DNA from: Vicugna vicugna
Lineage: Eukaryota
Assembly: GCA_013265495.1 (NCBI GenBank)
Contig: MU058650.1
Span: 89,394-153,393, forward strand
DNA: 64,000 nt
Reading direction: 5' to 3'
Below the pieces are notes generated by a model. The model worked only from the letters and a program-made list of their open reading frames with translations. It searched no databases and was not told the DNA's origin. The position numbers and the translations under genes are program-made. Positions within the stretch are counted from its first letter, which is position 1, and each line of letters begins with the position of its first letter. Shown piece after piece: positions 53,932 through 64,000 of the stretch.

Positions 53932-56900
53932 GTAGAACAGGAAAGGACACAACTAGAAGCAATAAAATTACAAAATGGGAAATTTCTACAGTAAAGGCAA
54001 ACATATAGTAAAGGTAGGAGATCATGCACACAAAACTAATAGGGACGTTAAAAGACAAAAGTAATAAAATCATTTGTATCCTCTATAAGCAGTTAAAGGA
54101 CAGACAGAAAAATTAGATGTACAGTATGATTTCAAAATGAGTAATCATGAGGGGAGGAGACTACAAATACAGAGACTTCAAAATGCATTTGATATTAAGA
54201 GATCAGCAACTTAAAACAGTCATGTATATATACAGACTTCTATACTAAAACCTGATGGTGACCACTTGTTATTACAATGCCACAACAAGTAACAAGAAAA
54301 TCATGAAAGGAAAAAATCTCATTGGTAAAGGCAAACATACAGTAAAGGTAGTGGATCAACCACTTATAAAACTAGTAAGAAGGTTATATGACAAAATTAG
54401 TGAAGTCATCTTTACCTACAATGAGGAATTAAGTAATGCATAAAACAGAAAGATGTAAAATACGACATCAAAAACATAAAATGTAGGCAGAGGTAGTAAA
54501 AATGTAAAACTGTAGAGTTGTTAGAATGAAATCAAACTTAAGTGATCATAAGCTTAAAATAGTCACCTGTAAGTTGTTACGTATATGAGCCTCATGGATG
54601 ATGGTTACCAAACCAAAAATCTGTAATGAACACACAGTGGAGGAGAGGGAGAGAGCGGAATCCAAACATAACATGAAAAATAGTCATTAAATAACAAGGG
54701 AAATGAGCAAAAGAAGAAAAAAGGAACAAAAAGAACTAGAAAACAATTAGAAAACAATTAAAAAGTGGTATTAAGTTCATATCTATCAACAATTACTTTA
54801 AATGTAAATGGACTAAATGGTTTAATCAAAAGACACAGAGTGGTTGAATGAATAAAAAAACAAATCTCATACATATGGTGCCCACAGAAGACTTGCTTCA
54901 GAGCTAAAAATTCCCTGACTGAAGCTGAGGGAATGGAAATAGGTATTCCATGCAAATGAAAAAAAAAAAAAAGAAAGGAGAGAAATTTGGGTTAGCAATG
55001 CTCGTATCAGTCAAAACAGACTTTAAAATAGACTGTAACAAGAGACAAATATGGACATCACATAATGAGAAAGGAATCAATCCAACAAGAAAATGTAGTA
55101 ATTATAAATACATATGGACCCAACATAGGAACACCTAAATACATAAAGCAAACATTAAGAAAAATAAAGGGAAATATTGACAGCAATACAATAATAGTAG
55201 GGGACTTTAACATCCTCCTTATATCAATGGATACTTTATCCAGACAAAAAATCAGTAAGGAAACATTGGCCTTAAATGACACATTATACCAGATTGACTT
55301 AATAGATATACACAAAACATTCAATCCCCAAACAGCAGGATATATGTACTTTTCGGGGCACATCAAACATTCTCTAGAATATATCACATGCTAGGCCACA
55401 AAACAAATCTCAATAGATATAAGAAAATTGGAACCATATCAAACACATTTTCCAACCACAATGCTATGAAACTAAATATCAACTACAAGAAAAATACTGC
55501 AAAAAAGCATAAACATGCAGAGTCTGAACAATGTGCTACTAAACAGTCAATGTGTCTCTTAAAAAACCAAAAAAGAAATCATGAATTACCCCATAAACAA
55601 ATGAAAATGAAAACAAAAATTTAAATCTATGGGACACAGGAAAGGCAATTCTAAAGAGAAAAGTTTGTAGCAATGTAAGCCTACTTCAGGAAACAAACAA
55701 AAAAAGCAATCTGACCTTACATCTAATGGAACTAGAAAAAGAACAAAAAACAGAACCCAAAGCTAGCATAAGGAAGGGAATCATAAAGATCAGAGTGAAA
55801 ATAAATGAAGCAGAGACAAAAAATCAATGAAACTAACAGCTGCTTTTTTGAAACAATAAATAAAGTTGATAAACCAGTAGCCACACTCATTAGGAGAGAA
55901 AGGGAAAGAGCCCAAATAAACAAAATCAGAAATGAAAGAGAAGTTATAACTAAGACCACAGAAATATGAAAATCATAAGATTACTATGAACAATTATACA
56001 CCAATAAAACGGATAACCTGGAAGAAATGGACAAACTCTAAAAATGTACAGTCTCCCAAGCCTGAACCAGGAAAAATAATTTAATATATGAACAGATAAA
56101 TAAACTGTAATGAAACTGAATCAGTAACTTAAAAATTCCCACAGAAACCACTAAAAAAATAAATAAATGAAAACTATAGTACAGTATCACTAATGAACAC
56201 AGATGCAAACACACTCAACAAAATATTAGCAAATCAAATTTAACAAGACATTTAAAAAATCATACAACACCATTATCCCAGCGATGCAAGGACTATCCAG
56301 TATCTGGAAATCAATCCATGTGATATGCAACATTAACAAATTAAAGACTAAAAATGATGTGAGCATCTCAGTAGATGCAGAAAAGGCTTGTGACAAAATT
56401 CAATATTCACTTATGATAAAACTCTAAACAAAGTGATTATAAAGGGGACATACCTCAACATAATAAAAGCCATATATGACAAACCCACAGCCAACATCAT
56501 ACTCAATGATTAAACAATGAAAACGTTTTCTCTAAGATCAGGAACAGGGCAAGGATGCCGACTCTTGCCACTTTTATTTAACACAGTATTGGAAGTCTCA
56601 GTTACAGCAATCAGACAAAAAAAAAAAAAAAGAACGAATCCAAATTTGAAATGAAGAAGTACAACTGTTATTGTTTGCAGACAGCATGGTCTTACTTACA
56701 GAAAACTCTAAAGACACCACCAAAAAACTACCAGAAGTAATAAATTCAGTAAAGTTGCAGGATACAAAAGTAATATATAGATATCAGTTGCATTTTTATA
56801 CACTAGGAACAAACTATCAGAAAGAGAAATTTTAGAATAATTTATAATTGCATCAAAAAGAATAAAATATCTAGGAATAAATCCAATCAAGGAGGTAAAA

Positions 56901-58206
56901 ACCCATACTCTGAAAATTATAAAAACACTGATGAAAGAAATCGAAGACAACACAAACAAATGGAAAGGTATACCATGCTCACTGATTAGAAAAATTAATA
57001 TTGCTAAAATAACTATACAACCCAAAGGAATCTATAGGTTCAATTCAATCCCTATCAAAATGCCAATATTCTTTACAGAACTGAAACAAATTATTCTAAA
57101 ATTTGTATGGAAACATGAAAGACCCTGAATAGCCAAAGTAATCTTGAGGGGAAAAAAATCAAAGCTGGAGGTGTCATACGTTCTGATTTCAAACTATACT
57201 ACAAAGTTACAGTAATCAAAACAGTATCATACTGGCCCCCAAACAGAAACATATCAGTGGAACATAATAGCCCAGAAATAAATGTATGCCTATTGGTCAA
57301 TTAAGCTATGGAGCAGCCAAGAATATACAATGAGGAAAAGACAGGCTCACCAATAAGTTTTGAGAACTGTACAGCTATATGCAAAAGAATGAAACTGGAC
57401 TGCTTTCTCATACCGTATACAAAATGAAATAAAACGAAATCAAATACTTAATGTGGGAACTAAAATTATAAAACTCCTAAAGGAAAAGCAGGCAGTAAGT
57501 TATTTGACATCAATCTTAACAGTATATTTTTGAATATTTAGCTTGAGGCAAGAGAGACAAAAGCAAAAATAAACACATGTGACTACATCAAACTGAAATG
57601 CTTTTGGACAGCACGGGAAATCATCAGCAAAATGAAAAGGCATCCTACTGAATGGGAGAAGATACTTGAAAACAATAAATAAGATACGGAGTTAAAGAAT
57701 TTATATAATTCAACATTACAAAAAAAACCCTCCAAACCCACAAAACCCTGATTTAAAAAAGGGCAGAGGACTGAATAGATACTTTTCAGAGAAAACATAC
57801 AGATGGCCAACAGACATGTGAAAAGATGCTCAACATCACTAATCATCAGGGAAATGCAAACCAAAACCACAATGAGATATTGCCTCACACCTGTCAGAAT
57901 GGCCATCGTGAAAAACTCAGCAAAAAGTGTTGGAGAGGATGTGGAGAAAAGGGAACTTTTGGGCACTGTAGGTGAGAAGGTAAACTGATACAGCCACACA
58001 GGAAACAGTATAAAGGTTCCTCAAAAAATCAAAGATAAAACTACTACACTGTCCAGCAGTTCTGCATTTTGGTATTTTTCTGAAGTAAATGAAAATACTA
58101 ATTTGAAAAGATTTATGTACCCCTATGTTCACTGCAGTATTAGTTACAATAGTCAAGATACGGTAGCAAACTAAATATCCATTGATGGATGGATGAGGAA
58201 AATATT

Positions 58207-58381
58207 TTATATATATATATACACATATATACTCTATATGCATTATATATATATTATATATATATATACTCTATATGCATTATATATATTATATATATGC
58301 ATTATATATATATATGCATTATATATATTATATATATATACTCTATATGCATTATATATATATATATATATATATATATAA
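58207..58381. repeat. Compound (TA)n microsatellite with a higher-order unit atatatactctatatgcattatatat
   Basis: actctatatgcattatatat occurs three times and atgcattatatat five times, ending in pure (TA)n. Confidence 0.95.
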
Positions 58382-58400
58382 TGGAATATTACTCAGCTTT

Positions 58401-58862
58401 CTTTTCCTTGTTCAGTTTTATTAGGTAGGATTACAGTTTGACTGCACATACATATTGTATTGCATGTAAATATATATATATACACAGTATACTGCACATT
58501 TTTTGTTAGTTTACATATGTGTACTGATCATTTCTAAGAACAGATTAGAGCTTTAGCTTTTAAACTTACATAGTTATCAAAGGAATAAAGCCAACCACAA
58601 AATAAGAATCAACAGAATGCGGTAATCCAATCATAAAGGACAGTCAAATACACTTACACGTACTTAAGAACTCAGTCATCTTAGTTATAAATAGTAAGTA
58701 GTTCATTAGTATTATTATTATTGTTATTATTTTTTAGATTCCTCATATAAGTGATGCCATATGGCATTTTTTTTCTTTTTCTGGCCCACTTCACTTAGAA
58801 TGACAATCTTCAGGTCCATCCATATTGCTGCAAATGGCATTATTTTATTATTTTTTATGGCT
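58401..58862 (-). mobile_element. Chimeric retrotransposed insert (L1 ORF2-end fragment plus ~300 bp non-L1 sequence) inside the long L1
   Basis: TSD ctcagcttt (58392-58400) / ctcagcctt (58863-58871); minus-strand AATAAA at 58417-58422 next to an A-rich tail; L1 part at ~58705-58862. Confidence 0.8.
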
Positions 58863-61194
58863 CTCAGCCTTAAAATCAAATTAAATCTTGCCCTTTCCAA
58901 CAACATGGATGGTATCTTGTTAAGTGAAATGTCAGAGAAAGACAAATACCATATAATCTCACTTATATGTGAAATCTGAAAAACAGACACAGACACACAA
59001 CAAAACAAGAACTGATAGATTCAGAAATCAAATCGGTAGTCACCAGAGGGGAGGAGCTTTGTGGGTTGGGCAAAATAGGAGCTCAAGAGTTACAAACTTC
59101 CAGTTATAAAATAAATAAGCCATGGGGTTGTAATATGCAACATAAGGAAGACGTTCAATAATATTGTAATAACTGCATGAGGACAGATGGTTACTAGACT
59201 TACTGGGGTGATCACTTTGTAATGTATGTAAATGTTGAATTACTATGTAGTTCACCTGAAACTAACATAATATTTTATATCAACTATATTTCAATTTTTT
59301 AAAAAAAGAACTTATTGATATGCAACTCAAGTATCAGGAGATGCTTAAGCTATAATAAGGCAATGTTTTGATATTTTTTCTCATTTTTTAGAGCCCTAGT
59401 ATAAATATAAACTAATATAAATATCTGAAACTTATCTATTGGGAAAATAAGAAAGCGTAAGAGAATAGAAGTTACAAATGACATTTCTATTTGATAATCA
59501 GTTTTAATCAGCAACCTAGTATAGAAAATAAGACTTCTAAGGTTTTTTAAATTCTCTAAAGTCTGGTACTGAATCCTATCTAAATAGGTACCCCATGGCC
59601 TATAAGACGAATTGATAAATAATTTAGACTTAAGGAGAAAAATGAGGAAATATTTAGACTTTAGCTTCCAGTAGACTGGAGATGTATTTATTTTTACATT
59701 GGTTAACCTTTAATAAACATTAAATTAGAAAATTAGATATACATTGTTAGACAACAAAAGAAAATCAACAAGACACCAAGAATGTAAATATGTAGAATTC
59801 AAGCAAAACTGTATCTAACTTTTATGCTGAAAAGTTAGTCACATGTTGATTAATTGTTTTATAAGAAATTGAAGAAACTTGTAATTTACTCAATATGCAG
59901 CATTGTTCAAAATGTCAAGCATTAAAAATTACTGTTGTAGTCTCTGTTTTGTTCCAAGAGAAGACAATTAAACAAGAGTGATGAAGTTTATAAATAGAAC
60001 ATTTTGAGGACAAATATTTTATAGTAAAATTAGTAAATGAAGTGAAGTGAAATACATCCCAGACTAGAAATTAAGAATAGAAGGATCTAAATACTAGCTG
60101 TTGTTTTTGGATCTCTAAGTTTACTCCAACAGACATTAAAAATGGAGATAATTATGTCTGTATACCCCCTGTTGCACCAAGGACAAGTTCTTCATGGTCC
60201 TCAGTGGAAAGGCAATGTAAGTTCACAGCATGCCTTTAAGCCCTAAGTCCAGGGTAAATGGAAACCCACCATATTTGGTTAACTAGGAGGCCTGGTATGG
60301 TGTTCTCTTGGAATTTCATTCAGGATTAAGAAAAATCACAGGCTTTGGACAAAAACGTGAAAATATTTATCATGAAAATGTTAGAAAAGCTTTTGCAAGG
60401 CTTGGAAATTTTCTCCAAGTTATGTAGCTACATGGGCAGCTAAAAGTAGGAAGTTATCTTTGTAACTGCCTCCTATCATTTGGTTACCATTTTGTGCCTG
60501 CAGCATTGTGACCCGGCATGGGTTCATTTCCTTACTATCTCTTATGAGCTCTCAGACTTCTAGCAGCCAGCAAGCAGGTCTGCAGGTAGTTAAGTAAATA
60601 AAGGTCGTATCTTAGGTATGATTTTCTCAACCCTGATGTGGGTCCATTATCAATAACCACGTGGAGAATGAAAATAGATGTTTATCTTCATTTCTTGAGG
60701 TCATTGAGAAGACATGAAGGCTGGAGAAAGAAAACAGTCTAACGAGTTATGAATGCTATGGGTGAAAGAACTTCCTCTCACGTCATTAGTCAGTTAAATT
60801 GTTACAATGCTTTCTGAAAGGAATTGTTTGCTCTGAATCAGAGACCACAGAAATGTTTCAATCCATTGATTTAGTCATCTCATTTACTCTAAAGAAACAG
60901 TTCAAAAGAAGGAAAATTCATATGGAAAAAGATGCTAAATTATATGCCTATTATAAATTTTTGTATGATAATAAACAAAGGGGAAATAAATTAGATGTCT
61001 AGAAATAGCAGTACCTTCACCCCATTCACCTGAGAAGAACCATAGCAGTCATTTAAATGTATCATTCTAAAGGGTTTGTGGTGATATGTGCTTATAATAT
61101 TTAGTACAAAAATATAAAAATTATGTATTAGATAATTACAAATATATATAAAAACATATACGTAGAAGGAAAAAATAGAAAAGAAACATACACA

Positions 61195-61400
61195 CAATGT
61201 ACTGAATTTTGGCTTTGTTCCAGGTCCTGTTGTGGAAATTCGGAAAAAGTAGTAAAAAATACAGACAAGGACACTGTTCCCTTGACATTTACATCTAGTG
61301 GAAAGGAATAACAAGCAAACAAATAAATAAAAACATAGCAATAGTGACAAGTGAATGAAGAAAATTAATTGGATAGTGTCTAGGGAGGGAGTTGTTCAGA
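61195..61400 (-). mobile_element. LINE-2 3' fragment
   Basis: tttgttccaggtcctgtt...aaatacagacaagg...ccttgacatttacatctagtgga...acaagcaaacaaataaat. Confidence 0.6.
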
Positions 61401-61499
61401 TTAAAAAGTTGGGGGGATACTTCCCAGCTTGGCCTGTGCCCACGCCCAAGCTCAGGTGCAGGTGCAAAGCTGGATGCCTGTCCTGGAAGAGCCTCCCCC

Positions 61500-61720
61500 T
61501 GGAAAGGCGCCAGCGCCGCTCAGTGTCTGCACACAGGTGCCCCGAGGGTCCAGGGGGACCGGTGGTCTGCGGCGCTGGCCAAGCCAGGGCAGCAAGCAGA
61601 GGCCACCCGCTCGCAGCAGGCCTGTGTGAGCGCGCGCAGCCGGCCCAGGGCAAGCAGGGCTGGGTGGTGAGGAGGACAGCGCCGCAGCCCTGCAAACAGC
61701 CTTGCAGGCCTCCTTGGCCT
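61500..61720. promoter_or_regulatory. Short CpG/GC-rich patch, possible regulatory element
   Basis: About 15 CpG in ~200 bp (ggcgccagcgccgc, gagcgcgcgcagccgg, ggacagcgccgc); surrounding DNA is CpG-poor. Confidence 0.35.
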
Positions 61721-61789
61721 CAGTCCCAGCCCTTAGAGGTGCTGGGGGCCAGTGAGGAGCTGCACTTGGTCATCAGGGATCCTGAGGCT

Positions 61790-61910
61790 CTGAGGTCTGG
61801 TCTTGGCTCTCTGAGTAGTAAGTCTTGTTACCTCTCACTCTTTCGTGGCCTCCTCAAGTTGTAAAATGGGAACAATTATCTAACCTACCTCTGAGAGGAT
61901 ATTTCTGAGA
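61790..61910 (+). mobile_element. MIR SINE fragment
   Basis: ttacctctcact...cctcaagttgtaaaatgggaacaattatctaacctacctctgagagg. Confidence 0.55.
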
Positions 61911-64000
61911 GCGATATCATTCTTGTGGTTCAGGGGATAAGGTTCTTGTGGGAACAGAGTGGCTAAAACTTTGGTTTGTTTGCTGGAGGTTCTGCCATTC
62001 CATGTTGTATTCCTTGGGAGCAGTTAACTGCCCGGTTAGATTTTGGAGGCCCATCCAAAGGGGGCTGTTGACCTGAATGCAAGTTCTTGTCTCCAGTTCC
62101 AATTAAAATCAGAACTAAATGCTAACCCTATATGGTGAACCCTCAACCTTGTACTGCATTTGGGATCACCTCCTTTCCCGCCTCTCTCTCTCCTGTTCTC
62201 TTAATGTTTCTCTCTCTGTCTTGTTTCTTCCAGTGGAGAGCTGGGGAATTCACACTTGAGGAATCCCTCACAGAGAATTCAAATGCTAAAACTAGCTGCC
62301 AGTCTCCCTTACTGGAAGACTGTGCAGTGCCTGGGGTGGGAGGTGGAGATTTGATGTAGTTTGCCTTGCTGAACCATCCTAGCAGGAAAAATAGAAAGTT
62401 TGTACAGTTTGGTTTGGTTTGGTTTTTAGTTTTTCCTAAGTTAAGCCTGGATCCCCCCGGCCTCACTTCCCCATAAACAGCAAATTTAGAGGCTACTGAT
62501 CATAAAACTGTTGTAACTGCTAAAGTCAGGGAGTGAGACGGCCTTGATTTGGGCTCTTGTCCACAGTGTGGATGTGACAGCAGCCTAGATGTCTGTCTCT
62601 TATCAAACTCACAAACATTTCTGTCTTTATGACTGTAATGAGCCTGAAATTCTGCAAAAAGGGTGCTGATGAAGCAGTGGCTTCACAACCACCAACCAGA
62701 CTGGGAATTCGCACAGAGCTGTGGGCTGAGTGGGTGGTGACTGGACTGTATTGCTGACTGCAGGCTCGATCCCTCATTTGCCTTGAGACACATATTACAT
62801 TTAAAGAACATCTAACTTATGTTGGGGATGAGATATGGCACACCTGAGAAACCTGCAGTATTAAAATAAGGCTATTCTCCCCAACTGTCCCTGTCACACA
62901 CAGGCTCTCTGTAGCCAAACCACGGGGTGTCTTAGCCACAGAGACAAACTGTTCTCAGTTTGCACAGAACTTGGGGTATGAGGGAATATGTGGGTAAGGA
63001 CTGGAGTAGGGGAGGAATCATGGAAGCGTTGTCATTTGGTGGTCTTATGTTCTGGAGGAGGCGGATGGTCCTTACCAGTGAGGTCTGGAAGGATGGCTTG
63101 TGTAGGACTTTTCTGTTGATAAATTACTGATGCTCCAACTCCCCTCCCGGGTGTGTAATGTCTGAATGAATGTGTAATCAACTACATTCCATTGAAAGCC
63201 ATAAAGCTAATTAGGTGCCCCTCCCACCCAATAGCATTTGTCACTCTCTAATCCTACCTCATCTTTAATAAAATAGTAACACTTTTACCAATAATCTCCA
63301 TTTTTCTGGACTTTTTAATAGCTGTTTTTTAAAAGCTAATTTACTGTGGTAAATGAATAATTAGAAATGCCTTACACTTTCTGTGTGCAAAGAATCTGGC
63401 TCTTAAATTAGATTTGAGATGGGATCTGCTTGAATATATCCACCATTGGTAATTTCATTCATTATCTTGTTTTTTTCCCCTCCTTTTTCTTTGCTCTGGT
63501 ATCTAGCTGTTTCCAAGACCATGCTTGTTTGTCTCACACCTGCTTGGTATTCCAGACCTGTCCTATCTTATCAGAATGTTAAAGCTGTGCTCACTGCAGC
63601 CTCAGGCCATGACTTTTAAATAACCTTATGGAATCGCTATAAGGAAAAATGCTATACTGTATTGTCCAAAAAAGTTCCCCATAGAAAATTCCCTTTTGGC
63701 ATCTGGAGAGCCCTTTTAGTTTTAGTTTACTATGACTATAATGTAGTTTATAAATCCATAAGTCATTTCAGTCATTAGACAAGCTGTGTTTTTTAAAGTT
63801 ATTGGCAAGGACCCTACATAATACATATTCAGTTATCTGGTCCACCATCTGTCACAAATATGTTATTTGGTTACCATTAAAGCTTTGATCCAGATTGACT
63901 CATAGGGTATTATAAGAATCACCTTGGAACAGAAGCTTAACATTAAAACTCTGTCTGATTTGTTCCAGCTTGTCTACAATAAAACTCAAGATACACAGAT

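Larger units (their letters stand above)
54765..58979 (+). pseudogene. L1 ORF2p remnant (endonuclease, reverse transcriptase, C-terminal domain), disrupted
   Basis: SIITLNVNGLN at ~54785; IIVGDFN (ORF 55065-55394); [10 protein letters not shown] and LFADSM at ~56540-56690; ends KDKYHIISLICEI* at 58979. Confidence 0.9.
51966..59308 (+). mobile_element. Near-full-length, inactive LINE-1
   Basis: 5'UTR 51966-53070, ORF1 remnant, long inter-ORF spacer, ORF2 remnant and a 3'UTR ending ctgaaactaacataatattttatatcaactatatttcaattttttaaaaaaag. Confidence 0.93.

Noticed and set aside
58189..58428. Tyr/Ile-rich ORFs
   Set aside because: Translation of the (TA)n microsatellite.
51945..59320. TSD for the near-full-length L1, and possible activity
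   Set aside because: Flank similarity (aaaagtagttca / aaaagaacttat) is too weak; both ORFs carry many stops, frameshifts, a deletion and an insertion.
61355..61864. 169-aa ORF over the GC-rich patch
   Set aside because: Starts in L2 and ends in MIR sequence; openness is explained by GC content; no recognisable protein.
1..64000. A novel multi-gene or prokaryote-type system
   Set aside because: No intact coding genes, operons, RNA genes or arrays; nearly all listed ORFs are short L1 fragments or chance ORFs.

Overview
Mammalian, AT-rich, repeat-dense DNA with no intact protein-coding gene, RNA gene or CRISPR array that I can support. The LINE-1 3' ends look cetartiodactyl, most like camelid L1 as I recall it, and I see no Alu, Bov-tA/BovB, PRE1 or SINEC; the species call is an inference. 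A large part of the window is interspersed repeats: L1 of several ages (a near-full-length copy at ~52.0-59.3 kb, an old minus-strand copy at ~34.2-40.0 kb, three 5'-inverted copies, two solo 5'UTRs, nested insertions), plus L2, L3/CR1, MIR, MaLR/ERVL LTRs, a probable ERV1 solo LTR and hAT MERs. The one gene-derived feature is a 5'-truncated, internally deleted processed pseudogene of COL18A1 (collagen XVIII/endostatin) at ~41.54-42.85 kb with a target-site duplication; its 3' half keeps dense CpG and ends at a consensus splice donor. Other oddities are a 91-bp near-perfect direct repeat, an antisense chimeric retro-insert forming a fold-back inside the long L1, and two CpG-rich patches in old repeats. 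I found no evidence for a new multi-gene system. Repeat family names are recognised from memory, not from a database search, and most boundaries are approximate.
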